A DNA stretch of 64,000 nucleotides from Eledone cirrhosa (taxonomy: Eukaryota), in the NCBI GenBank assembly GCA_964016885.1, contig OZ024741.1:316324001-316388000 (forward strand), read 5' to 3'. The first letter of the stretch is position 1, and each line of letters opens with the position of its first letter. The notes under the pieces are model-generated. The model was not told the DNA's origin, did not search any database, and worked only from the letters and a program-made list of their open reading frames with translations. A program made the translations under genes and the position numbers. This document shows, piece after piece, positions 27,231 to 40,826 of this stretch.

Positions 27231-27961
27231 TAAATTTCATATTCCCATATATTATATATATATGTGTGTGTATATATATATATATATACTCTATACACAC
27301 ACACACACATATATATATATATACACACACACACACTACCATATGTAGGTATGTATGTGAAATATGAAGGTGCAAAGTGGTTAAGGTGTTGGGCTCACAC
27401 TAAGGTGATGAGTTGAATTTCTGGATCAGGCAGCATATTTTGTCCTTGAGCAAGGTGGTAAAAATAACTATCAGCCTTTGCCTTTCCATAGTGTCGTGGA
27501 GGTGGGAGACTGGCATGCATGGGTGATTCCTGGTCTTTTATTAAAAAGAAACCTTGCTAGGCATGCATCTACAAGAGGAATTTTCCAGGTACAGACCTAA
27601 GGTCAGTCATTTTTTAAGGATGGGTCTACTTATATATATACATGTGTGTGTGTGTGTGTGGTAGTGTAGGTGTCTCGACAAAAAGCGGCCAGTCCACACT
27701 GTAATGTGGTTGTGTAGGTGACACAACATAAAGCACTCAGTACACACTCTAAATGTGGTTGTCGTTAGGAAGAGCATCCAGCCATAGAATCCAAGCCAAA
27801 ATCAGTTGTGTGTGAGCGAAACACGGTCCTCTGGCCTGATCTCTCACAAAGGGGCAGCCCGTTCTACCCATACTTAGCAAGGAAAATGGACGTTAAACGA
27901 TAATGATGATGATGATATATATATATATATATGTATATATAAATATGTGTGTGTGTGTGTC

Positions 27962-28014
<53 letters not shown>

Positions 28015-28040
28015 TCATAATCATCATCATCATTTAGTTG

Positions 28041-28341
28041 TGGCTTAGTTGTTAGAGCATTGGCCTTGCAATCGAAAGGTTGTGAGTCCAATTCTCAGAC
28101 CGGGTGATGTGTTGTTTCCTTGAGCAAGACACTTTATTTCACATTGCTCCAGTTTACTCAGCTGTAGAAATGAGATGATAGGACTGATAGAAATGAGATG
28201 ATAGGATAGATGCCACGGAAAAAAGCACCCGGCACTCACTGTAGGAAGTGCATCCAGCTGTAGAAACCAGGCTAGAATCAGTTCCCGTCCCACCCTTGCA
28301 AGCAGGGAAAAGCGGACGTAAAATGATGATGATGATGATGA

Positions 28342-28345
<4 letters not shown>
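28041..28345 (+). mobile_element. tRNA-headed SINE with RTE-type tail
   Basis: Same family; internal duplication of TAGAAATGAGATGATAGGA in place of the hairpin. Confidence 0.85.
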
Positions 28346-28391
<46 letters not shown>

Positions 28392-28889
28392 CTTATGAAG
28401 GGAATGTCCCACAATGCAAGTTATATGTAGGATATAAATATGAAATGTATGTGTAAACATATATACATACAATTTCTCTGTCTCTCACAAACTCACACTA
28501 ACACAACTCACGCATATATATATATACCTAAACTGTTTGAATTTGCACATTAGCACATATACATACACATACACATTCACGTACACATGTATGTGTGTGG
28601 ACATGTTAATTCTAACAGTTTTCATACTTCAGAATTCATAAGACGTCAGAAATTTGGTGAAGCTGAAAAACCTAAACACCAGTGTGGCTATAAATGGTAT
28701 GAAATAAGTTATTATTTCCGGTAAAAATTTGCACGCTATAGATAAAATACTATCATACTTTTCATAGTCTTCCTGACTGAGAGTGGTGTACATGGAAACA
28801 ATATAGAATCTACACATATATATCATATATTTTCATTATTAAGGATAAGAAGAACAATAATATATATGTACATATAATATAAATATAAT

Positions 28890-29215
<326 letters not shown>

Positions 29216-29291
29216 CATATAAGATGATGTTATAGATGCTTCAATAATATCAGCTTGCTTTGGGAAACTCTGAGTACCTATGAAGGTGTAT

Positions 29292-30512
29292 ATAATAATA
29301 ACAATACTTTCTTTATTAACCACAAGGATTTACACAAAGTAGACATTAAGGACAGTACAGGACAATACAGGACGGTACAAATGGGCATTTCTGCGTGTAA
29401 AAAAAACAAAAAAAACAGAGGATGTAATAAAAGAACAATGAAAAATTCCCCAATAGGAAGGAGACTTCCGAGGGCCATCATGGAGAAAGCCCATTAAAAA
29501 GCCACGGTTACCCTGACCACCAGGGCAAGTGTCCTCTCCCAGTTTTCCACCTTCAATTTACAGGCATATATTCACTCGGGCCATTCTTGCCTCTCTCACC
29601 CATCTTTCAACAAAAAGCTGGGAAGAGAGCACTTCCCTCTCTACCCTGATTTTCCTTTTCAAATGAAATTGGAAAAAGTTAATCAGGGCATCACCGAAGA
29701 GGTAAATGCTCGTCTTCAGCCCTTTCAGACGTGTCCACCATATTATCTCTTTCGCCATGGCCACCAGACAGATAAAAACTGCCTGCCCATCCCAGCTAAA
29801 GGAAGAGGGCAGGGCAATCCTCACGATGGACTCAGCTGATAGTCGGATCCGTTCTACACATGACAGCAGGTGTTCGACATAAACCCACGAGTGCATGCAG
29901 GACGGTTTCGTCGCCCTGCGCGCATCTCGGACATGCCCAGCTGACGGCACCTCCATGCCTGTAGAGTTTATCCCGAACTGGCAAAGCTCCTCGGTAGCAC
30001 TGCCAGGCCAGGGATTTTTGGAAGTTGTCCATAGGCCCTGGCCCGAAAGTTCTTCCGAAGAGATTGGCTAGTTAATTTTCGTTGACGCCTAGAGTTTCCC
30101 CAAGTACATCGTCCCTCTTCCCCTCCACAAATCCTCTATAAAACGCCAAGGTGGAGTTTCCACCAATCACATTGCCCGATTGGTCGAGGGCTGTGAGCAC
30201 CTGAAGACATTCCAGTCTCCAAGCGCTCCCTCTCGGTCTTCGCTTGACCCAGGACTGCAGCTTCGTCAAGGAGATGAGCTGGGGAAAGACGCCTCTTCCT
30301 CGCCGGTGATCAGGTGTGGTCACCGTTTGCTAGACACCTCTTTCCCCAGCTCATCTCCTTGACGGAGCTGCAGTCCTGGGTCAAGCGAAGACCGAGAGGG
30401 AGCGCTTGGAGACTGGAATGTCTTCAGGCGCTCACAGCCCTCGACCAATCGGGCAATGTGATCGGTGGAAACTCCACCTTGGCGTTCTATAGAGGATTAG
30501 TGGAGGGGAAGA

Positions 30513-30513
<1 letters not shown>
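29292..30513 (-). mobile_element. L1/Tx1-clade LINE, 5'-truncated 3' end with inverted 5' segment
   Basis: Minus strand encodes an ORF2 C-terminus (LAWQCYRGALPVRDKL..CPRCAQGDETVLHAL zf-RVT-like motif; ..IWWTR..) with a frameshift, then a 3'UTR, AATAAA (plus TTTATT 29312-17) and a (TTA)n tail. 30290-30513 is a plus-strand piece of the same ORF; (AAT)n lies on both flanks. Confidence 0.88.
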
Positions 30514-30577
<64 letters not shown>

Positions 30578-30719
30578 GGCATGCTTGCTGGGAACAGCAA
30601 GAACCCTCTGATACGTCCTGAATATCTGTGGCTGCAGGTAGCGGCTTGATATTCATTTCAACAAATTTTCCAGTTAATTAACATCAATGACTGAGACTCA
30701 AAGCATAATAATAATAATA

Positions 30720-31102
30720 ATTGTTTCTACTTTTCACACAAGGCCAGCAATTCTTCCAGTGTATTACTGGTACTTTATTTTATCGACCCCATAAGGATGA
30801 AAGGCAAAGTTAACCTCGGCGGGATTTGAACTCAGAATGGCAAGGGCGGTAACTGTGCTGCAAAAGATGGTGTCCGACTCTCTACCGATACTGCCAATTC
30901 ACCATAATAATAATAATAATTGTTTCTACTTTTGGCACAAGGCCAGCAAATACCCAGTACATTACTGGTACTTTATTTCTATCGACCCCGTAAGGATGAA
31001 AGACAAAGTTGACCTTGGCGGGATTTGAACTCAGAATGGAAAGGGCCGTAACTCTATGCATCAAAACATGACGTCTGACTCTCTACCAATACTGCCAATC
31101 CA
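30720..31102 (-). mobile_element. Tandem pair of tRNA-derived SINEs with a Meta-like core
   Basis: Two ~185-bp copies (30720-30902, 30919-31102), each GAGTTCAAATCCCGCC..TTTGYCTTTCATCCTTAYGGGGTCGAT..AAGTACCAGT with a (TTA)n tail. Confidence 0.85.
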
Positions 31103-32514
31103 CAGTTTGCCATGTGTTATATAGTACACTCCTTTCTTTATTATAGTTAAGATACTGTACACACACACACACATATAATGTCTTGGTTCATGATTGGTGT
31201 CTCCAGTAATGAACACACAAGCCGGCAACAACAGTTGGCAACAAGCTTGGAGTATCAGCAAGAAAGTGTTACTTGCTGTGTAGTTAGTTACTATGGTATT
31301 TAGTTATTGTGTAGTTAGTTACATATAAATGTGTGTATGTATATATATATATATATTTAATTTTATTGTTCATTTTTTGTCGATTCTATTAAATGATGAA
31401 TAGCTCCTGTTTATTTTAACATGTCTATTGAGCACTCTTATTCGATATGTGTATTTCCACATTTTCCCGAATATTTTTTGCGGATATAGAGGTTATCTCC
31501 CTTGCTGAATTCCATGTGCGTTTTTTCAGCCTGGGTTATGCCTTTTCATTCGTTCGGACAAAAGCTCGTTGAGGAAGTAAATTCCGGTCCGCTGGCTCCT
31601 AGAAGTCTTATATATTTTTATGTGAGCTGATAGAGGGCAGTTTAAGGATTTACAGAAACCCAAGAAGCTAGATTTACCATCTTTCTAGCGGGTCCGGGTA
31701 TGCTTTTTACATTCATTTGATTTATTGATTTATTGATATTTTATCTGAGTGTCCCGAATCTTCCAGATCGCAATTTTTCGGTCGTATGGTTGATTATAGA
31801 CTTGTTCTATGTGTGACGGTATTTTAACGATAGTTATAGCTCTGATTTATCTGAATTATTGAGCCCTCTGCCGCTCATTTCGAATTTTGTTTATCGTGAA
31901 CTCGTGCGCCGATTTTTCGATACTCGATTATTCTACTATATATATATATATACAAACACACACATATATATAAACAAACACACACATACCTGTATTTACT
32001 TCCATAAATATTTGTTGACACACAGAATAACAGGTCAATGTCTATATACACTCACATATATATATATATCATCAATGCTTCCTTCTCTCTACATACCGTA
32101 GCACCAACATGTTAGCACCACCTTACCAGCATACCACCATGACTATACCACCAACACCACACACTGCACCATCACCTTACTACTTTCATCCCAACACCAC
32201 CCCACCACTCAATACAGCTTGTTTACCATCAAAGTGTTTTAAATGCATTAGCTAAGCTTGTTCAGTTTTCAGATGAACACAACGGGCCACTCCCACCCTG
32301 ACCTCACCACACCGTCACCAACACCAGCATCAAATACCATACATAAATATACACACACAAATGTAAATATATTATATGTGCATACAGCACATGAAACAAA
32401 ATCCATATACATACATGTATACATATTTGTGTGTGTGTGTGCATATATATAGTCCCACCCTTGCAAGCAGGGAAAGGTGGACGTAAAATGAAATGATGAT
32501 ATATATATATATAT

Positions 32515-32566
<52 letters not shown>

Positions 32567-32570
<4 letters not shown>

Positions 32571-32948
32571 AAATATCCTTAATGGTTGAGTAGATATAAT
32601 GGGCATAATGGGTGCTATTTCTAGCATCACTACAAACTTGTCTTATTGTCCTGATATACACATATTCAACATATTTCTTTAGTAGTCAAATACCACGTGT
32701 GTTATTCAATGCACCACACTGTTTTTGATAAAGACAAGGTCCGTACACTGACTATTGAATGGTTTTCCACTTCCAAAGAATCCCTCTGATGAAGAAATTT
32801 CTTCCAATATTAGTTGTCTTAATTTATTGGGATATTTAATATTGTTTCTTAATTCCAGAAACTACAGTTAGGGAGATGATACGAGCGAAACTTTCTAATA
32901 TTAGTTTGTCTAGCTTCCATTACTCCAATGGATGTTTTGGCATTAAAC

Positions 32949-32950
<2 letters not shown>
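32567..32950 (+). mobile_element. Probable Penelope-like pLTR fragment carrying the hammerhead, between microsatellites
   Basis: Non-repetitive segment bounded by (GA)n and (TG/TA)n that contains a minimal type I hammerhead, typical of PLE terminal repeats; no ORF seen. Confidence 0.5.
32781..32874 (+). ncRNA. Type I hammerhead ribozyme motif with minimal stem III
   Basis: Stem I TCCCT(32781-85)/AGGGA(32870-74); CTGATGA 32786-92; extended stem II region with AATT/AATT and CCAATA/TATTGG pairings; GAAAC 32858-62; loop TACA; GTT triplet 32867-69. Confidence 0.72.
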
Positions 32951-32990
<40 letters not shown>

Positions 32991-33560
32991 CATGTATGTA
33001 TGCACGTATAGGTACATCATACATACATACATATATACATATATAAATATATGCATTTGGATATATATATGTACATGTATATATGGTTCAAGAATTGTCA
33101 GCTTGTGAGTTTGTTTCCCAGACTGGGCGATGTATTGTGTCCTTCATCAAGACACTTTATTTCATGTTCTAGTTCATTCAGCTGTAGAAACAAGTTCCTA
33201 TGTGGATGGGAGACTGGTATACATGTGTGACTACTGGTCTTCCACAAAAACACCTTGCCCGGGCTTCTGCCTCAAAGGGAACTTTCTTGGTTGAAAACCC
33301 TATGAATGTACATTTTTGTATATATTCATACATATACATTTATATAAGTGAGTCTATATGTAGAATATTCTAATGTGGTTTAAAAAATTAAACTGGGAAT
33401 GGATGAAGAAGGCATGTCTATATTAATATACATACACACACTGGCATGGCAATATAGTTAAGGATTTTGCTATGAAACCATGTGGTTCAGGTTTGTTTCC
33501 ACTGCATGGAACCTGGGCCATGTGTTTTTTACTATAGTGTTAGTTTGACCAATGCTTTGT

Positions 33561-33598
<38 letters not shown>

Positions 33599-33653
33599 TG
33601 CATACATGCATACATGCATGCATGCATACATATACATATACATATATATATAT

Positions 33654-33697
<44 letters not shown>

Positions 33698-33701
<4 letters not shown>

Positions 33702-33849
33702 ATGGAAGCAGTAAAAACCAGTTAGACTTACCAGCGAACTCGATACTTGGGCCAATAGAGTGGGTAATATGAAAAATTTGAGACCCCAAGTTCAGATCTA
33801 GCTGTTGAAACGGCAGGAGCTCAGCCGGCAAGGTCCCAAATTTTTCATA
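33698..33849. mobile_element. Unclassified hairpin-ended element, copy 3 (diverged)
   Basis: Shares AACCAG..ACTCGATACTT..TAGAGTGGGTAATA, then stem TATGAAAAATTTG-A-GACC/GGTC-C-CAAATTTTTCATA enclosing GGCAGGAGCTCAGCC. Confidence 0.65.
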
Positions 33850-34689
33850 CACACACACACACTCATACACACACCCTACACAATCATACATACATACACA
33901 CCAATGTAGTGATGTTATTTTAGTTAACTGTATGCAATAGAGAGTCCCTTTGACTGGAAGCGAGGAGAGGAAAAGTGGCCACTCCAACATAACAAACACT
34001 GGATAAACATTCATCATCATGATCAGGATCATCTTTAAAGAAAATAACTATAAAATAGCCATAAAATGCACTTCCACTCCTAGTGGTTACTAGTGGTTGT
34101 GGTGGTGATGGAGGAAGAGAGGGTTGATGGTGGTGATGGGGAGATAGGAATGACATTTAGATAAAAAGTTTACAAAAACAAAATAAACTAAAAAGAAAAA
34201 AAACCCACCTTAAAAAACAATGAGAGGTCAAAGGGCGCAGACAGAACAGGAGAGAGAAACAGTGACAAAAACAAAACAAAATAAAGGTCAAATTCGAAAC
34301 CCTGACCTGACTGCAACTAACATTCCATCATCATCACCATCCACTGCAAATGTGCCCCCCTCCACCTCCATATTGACTATTATCACTATAATTTATATGG
34401 CATGATGATGATCATCATCATCAGCAGCAGCATCATCATCACCATCTACTGCAATAGTTCTTGCCCCTTGACTAACATTGTAAGTTATGTGTCACCACCA
34501 CTACCACCCTCCTCACCATCATCACCATACTCACCACCAACAACACCACCACCTATGTATTCATATCCACTTATTTACCATACATGCATGGGCTTGGACG
34601 AGACATTTTAGAGCAAGTTTCATGACACAAAGCCATAGCTTATAGCAACACTTTGTTATGTTTCTCATGAAAGACATATAAAATGTCTA

Positions 34690-35000
34690 CTACACTACAA
34701 ACTAATGGTCAGTAATGGCTAGATTACATTACAGTCAACACAAAATTTGATGAAATGACTACACTACAAAACTGACTGGAATGACCACAATCACAATATA
34801 ATAGTGACCACACTACAAAACTGGCTGAAATGACGACAATAACAACTTAATAGTGACCACACTACAAAACTGGCTGAAATGACCACAATAACAACTTAAT
34901 AGTGACCACACTATAAAACTGACTGAAATGACACTACAACCTAATACTTAACAATGACCACACCACAAAACTGGCTAGAATTATCACAATTACAACTTAA
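34690..35000. repeat. 49-bp minisatellite
   Basis: GACCACACTACAAAACTGGCTGAAATGACSACAATAACAACTTAATAGT, about 5-6 copies. Confidence 0.85.
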
Positions 35001-35254
35001 ACAAGGTTAAAACTGACCATATATATTGTTATCACTTAGTCAAGAGGAACAGCATGGGCCTTCAGTTTTGAGGAGATCTACTTGCTTAAAATTCTAGTTC
35101 TTTTATTACATGTAAGTCCATCAGATACACTACATGTACACACACCCACACATACAAACACACAGACATAAATGCACATATACATACACACACATAGCGT
35201 ATGTATTTTACTACTGGTTATCAAAATATTTCATATATATCATATATGTACATG

Positions 35255-35545
35255 TGTGTCTACCCATGTATGCGTGTTTATGTATGTGTGTGTATCTACA
35301 CTAAGTGTGTGTGTGTATGTCTACACCATGCGTGTGTATGTGTGTCTACACTATATATGTAGTGTGTCTACACCATGTATATGTGTGTGTGTATCTACAC
35401 CATGTATATGTGTGTCTACACCATGTATGTGTGTGTGTGTGTGCCTATACCATATATATGTGTGCATGTCTACACCATATATGTGCATGTGTGTCTACAC
35501 CATGTATGTGTATGTGTCTACACCATGTATGTGTCTACACTATGT
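35255..35545. repeat. Variable-length TCTACACCATG + (TG/TA)n compound minisatellite
   Basis: About 12 occurrences of GTCTACACCAT-like anchors separated by dinucleotide runs. Confidence 0.85.
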
Positions 35546-36039
35546 ATGTGTATGTGTTAATGTAGGAATGTCCATATACTATACTCAATGACACATAAAT
35601 GTCACTGAAGTATTTCCACTAATATTCTTGTTTTCCCCTGCACTTCCCCCCATTCCTCTCCCTCTCTCTTATGTATATAGAAATTCATAAACACGTGTGT
35701 GTGTGTTTGTGTGTATGTGTTCGCGTGACAGAATTGGACAATAAATAATGATATATACATACCCAAATATGTATATATAATAAGAAGAATCATCATCATC
35801 ATCATCACTGTTTTATGACCATATTAGATACTGGCATCAGTTCCAACCCATGACATTGTGGAATATATAGACACACACACACACATACACTCATACATAT
35901 ATAATGTGTATGTGTTCACATGTATTAATACTATACATGCACCTTTGATGAGCTGTAGTACACCTGAGCACTGTACGCAATAATTTTCATTATATTATTA
36001 CTATATATATATAAATATATGTACCTCAATGAAAAGTCA

Positions 36040-36970
36040 CTCTCTCCACACTGTAGTGTGTTTGGTATTAGGAAGGGCACCTAGTCCTAAATACCAAGCC
36101 AAAATACAATCCATGAGCATGTCATGGTCACCTGATATGATTTGTTTCATAATGTGAAAACCAGCCTAACCCATGCAAGCGTGGAAAAATGGATGTTAAA
36201 CGATGATGATGATGAGTCGTGTAGGAGACATGGCAAAAAGCACCCAGCCCACACTGTAAATATGGTTGGCATTAGGAAGGGCATCCTGGCATAGAAAATC
36301 AGCCAGAAACAGTCCTATACAAGCGAGACACGGTCACCCGACCCAACTTGCTTCAAATGGGACAAACCCGTCTAACCCGTGCTAGTGTGGAAGATAGACA
36401 TTAAACGATGATATGACATATACACTCATACATATAATATAATGTGCATGTGTTCAATATATATTTATTTATATACATATATACACACACACTCAAACAC
36501 TTTGGCAAAGATATATGGGTATGGAAGGATGACAGGGTGGGGAGGTGTATATACATATGCACGCAATTACCTTGTATTAGTCCAATCAATACAGAATATA
36601 TTTGGTCTCCCTACCCTATCCTCCCACTCCCACCAACACCACCCTCTCTCTATAAAGTTGGTACCACAACATCCAGTCCAAATAAATGAGATAATGAGAT
36701 CGAGATCGAGATCGTGTAGGTGTCACGAGAAAAAACACACAGTCCACGCTGTAATGTGGCCATGTAAGTAACACGGTAAAAAGTTCCCAGTTCCACACTG
36801 TAAATATGGTTGGTGTTAGGAAGGGCATCCAGCCGTAGAAAACCTGCCAGATAGTCCTATATGAACGAGACATGGTCACCCGACCAACCTTGCCTCAAGT
36901 GGGACAACTCCCGTCTAACCCATGCTAGCATGGAAAATGGACGTTAAACGAAGATGATGATGATGATGAT
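36040..36970 (+). mobile_element. Cluster of three RTE-tailed retroposon copies
   Basis: Three occurrences of TTAGGAAGGGCA...TAACCCRTGC...TTAAACGA(TGA)n ending near 36213, 36412 and 36970. Further copies at about 3795-3925, 20830-21095(-), 22062-22355(-), 27660-27915, 37213-37380(-), 39205-39305, 39980-40360(-) and 50098-50308. Confidence 0.8.
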
Positions 36971-36988
36971 GCTAAGCTGATAAATACT

Positions 36989-37113
36989 AACGTATATTGA
37001 TGCCCTAAGGACAGACACTGGTCTGCTGGAGACGCAGGACATGGCAGCGATAATGAGGGACAGAGACCGCTGGAGAGAACTCGTCCATGGATCTCGGGAA
37101 TTTTACCCGCCCT
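36989..37113 (+). mobile_element. Second, shorter copy of the same RTE/RTEX 3' end
   Basis: High identity to 9972-10095; ends at TTTTACCCGCCC followed by (TA)n. Confidence 0.85.
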
Positions 37114-37717
37114 ATATATATATATATATGCGCACATATATATTTATACATATATATATATATTTTTAGACACATATTTATACATATATATATATTAATT
37201 CATATATATATATCATCATCATCATCATCACTGTTTAATGTCCATGTTTGCACGCTGGCATGGGTTAGACCATGTTTTGCTCATACAGAACCGATTCTAG
37301 CTTGGTTTCTACAGCTGGATGCCCTTCCTAGTGCCAACATCATTTACAGTGAGTACTGGGTACTTTTTGTCAAGACACCTACATATTCTATTTGTAAATA
37401 TTTATTTAAAATGTATCTAGTATATGACTGGTACTGCTTATTTCATCATACCTCCAGAGTAATGGAATAGAGCAGAGATCAGCAAACTAGAGTGCATAGT
37501 TCAAATCTGGATTGGATACTTTATGAAATATGTGATATGGCATACACATTTTTTTTTATTTTCTTTATCAATATCTGGTTCATAAGACAAACAAATATTT
37601 CCAATCCAAACCTACCTCCAACAAAAACTTTACCAAGCCCTCCAATAGAAGACAGAAGTCAACCCTAACTGGATCTAAATTTAAGATGCAAAGAAACTTA
37701 ATTAAATTATTTCCACA

Positions 37718-37990
37718 AGGGACATTTTCTCTCTTTGGGACCCTACAATTATTGTTTGGGAATATCTTATTTCTGTTTGGGACCCTATAATTTCTGCTGG
37801 GACCCTGCAATATCTTTATGGGACTTTACAATTTCTGATGGGACGCTACGATTTCTTTTTGGAACTTTACAATTTCTGCTGGGACACTATCATTTCTGCT
37901 AGGCCAGTACTACTTTTTCCAAGACCCTATAATTTCTCCTTAATCCCTATCGTTATTTCATTTGGGTTCCTACAATTTCTGCTGAGACAT
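37718..37990. repeat. ~20-bp diverged minisatellite
   Basis: GGGACCCTACAATTTCTGYT-like units. Confidence 0.8.
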
Positions 37991-39107
37991 TCACTCCCTA
38001 AGGTACTGAATGGGAAGTAGCTTCTTTCATGTCAGCATTTTCAAGAGTTGAGAAAGAAAGGAGGAAATGAAACTACTGTGAGGGAGGAGGTATGGTAGGG
38101 CCCTGTCCCCTCTATGTATGACTTCATGATCCCTATTTCCTTCTCAGTTTCTTCCTTTTTAGCTATCTGTCTCTATCTCCCACTCTCTTTCTACTTACAT
38201 CCATCCATCTATAATAACTCATTTTCCACTCATCTTTCCCATGCTCCTGACTAACACCCACAATTTCTTTAAATACACCACAACCACCACTATCACCACC
38301 AGGACCACTACCACAACTACCATACCATCACCAACAACTGCACCATATCATACAATGGTGATGATGGTAATGATGATATGATGGTAGATGGCAACAACAA
38401 TAATAACAACGATGGTGATGGTAGCAGTGGTGGTGATAGTGATAATGGTTGCTACGATGATGAAGGTAGTGTTAGTAGTGGTGGCAATGATAATGATGGT
38501 GGTGTTGGCAGTGGTGGCAATGATGATGGTTATAGTGTTGGTAGAAGTGGTGATGGAGGTGATGTAGGTGGTAGGTGGTGGTGGTGGTGGTGGTGGTGGT
38601 GGTGGTGGTGGTGGCAATGATGATGATGATCATTATAGTTGATGACACTGAATCTACTGCTTGTAAGGCAATCAGGAAAAGAAAAAGAAAAAAAAAAGCA
38701 GTGGTGGCGATGGTGTATGTTTCAGATTATGCATCTACTGCTGCTGATGTTACTGCAGTTGCTGTTGTTACTGCTATGCTGCTGCAGTTGTTGCTGCTGT
38801 TACTGCAGTTGCTGCTGCTGCTATTCAAATGCTAAATACAGCCAGCATGTTCTCCTGTTACTATGTGAGTTAAGAACAGGAGCTGCGCTTTCCACCACAG
38901 ATTCTGTTGTTGTTTATAGTGGTGTTGTTGTTGTTATTGGTGATGTAGGCGGTGTTGTTGATGTTATTGGGGATTTGTTGTTTTATATATATATATATAC
39001 ATATATATGTATATATATATATATACACACACACACACATACATACATATATATATATATGTATATATATATATGCATATATATGTGTGTGTGTGTATTT
39101 GTGTATG

Positions 39108-39146
<39 letters not shown>

Positions 39147-39151
39147 GTATA

Positions 39152-39196
<45 letters not shown>

Positions 39197-39303
39197 AATT
39201 CTATACCAGTGAGACACGGTCACCTGACCAATCTTGCCTCAAGTGGGACAAACCCATCTAACCCATGCTAGTGTGGAAGATGGACGTTAAACGATGATGA
39301 TGA

Positions 39304-39349
<46 letters not shown>

Positions 39350-39354
39350 CAATA

Positions 39355-39416
<62 letters not shown>

Positions 39417-40826
39417 ATCCACAAACATAGCTTTGATAAAGTTTGATGAAAAAACAAATATTTCTTATTCCATCCATAAAACAATGGTTTATGTACTAGT
39501 GATGATAATAATGATAATAATGATAACAATGATGATCAACATAATCATCAAACACCTTATCTATTCTGCAATAAAGGGCACCATTTTATTTTATTATATT
39601 TATATATTTCACTTGGATATTGAACTTGGTCGGGTGTTCCACTTGCTTCTCCTTTGTAATTGTCCAATCAACTATTTGCTGAGGAATTACAACACTCTAT
39701 CAGGGAAGATGTGAAGGTGCATGGGCAAGTGGTTTGGATACTGAGCTCATCATAGTTTATATAATCATTTCTACTTTTGGCAAAGGCCAGCAATTATCCC
39801 AATGCATTACAGATGATTTATGTTATCGACCCCGTAAGGATGAAAGGCAAAGTTAACCTCGGCAGGATTAGATCACATTTTATATATCAATGGCTACCTC
39901 TCTAAGAAAGTGTAAAGTATGTATTTTCATTGGAGAACTGACCGTATAATTCCTGACTCTAACTAACTAGTCTACTATATCATCATCATCATCATCACTG
40001 TTTAAAATCTATGTTCCATTCTTGCACGGGTTGTCACGTTCTAAGGCTAGACAACTCATATGACCACATCTGGCTCATACGTTCTGTTTTGGGATTGTTT
40101 TCTATGTTTGGATTCCTTTCCTAATACCAACCACTTTACTGTGACCAATTTGGGAGGCACCAGCATTACCACATTAGATGATGGGCATAGTGTTTTCGTT
40201 GTGACACCAGCTCTACCACTTTACAGTATGAACTGGGTACTTTTATCATGGCACCAGCACTACTAGTTTACATAGTGCTCTGGGTGCTTTTATCATGGCA
40301 CCAGCACTACTATTTTACAGAGTGGACTGGGGGATTTTTATTACTCTACCAACACAACCACCTGACATATGATTACACCCACGCACACTCACGTGTTTGT
40401 GTATAAACATATATATATATATGTCATCATCATCATCTCCCGTCTGTTTAAATATACATCTAAAAAAATACACATGTGCACATACATACACACGTGTGTA
40501 TGGAAGTGAATCTGTAATGGTCTTGGGAACAAGCAGAAAAAAGAAATATGAAAATCATGTCCTTCCGTAACCTCTCACACACCTTCCAACCAGATTTCAT
40601 TCCTGCATATAATACATTTATATCATTATTGGCATTTATAACTATTGTTATTATTATTGTTGTTATTTTTAACATCATTATCATCACATAATCAGGCAAG
40701 ATTATTACAATTATTATCATCACTATCATCATTATGACCACTGCCTTCATTATTGTCACCATTATCATTATCACCATCATCATGGCCACCACCACCACCT
40801 CCATCATCGCCATCACTACCACCTCC

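Noticed and set aside
28629-28826. 65-aa minus-strand ORF with a YTTL motif and hydrophobic stretch
   Set aside because: Does not match MXD helix 2 (HTTLxLL) context; all frames stop before the nearby donor-like site.
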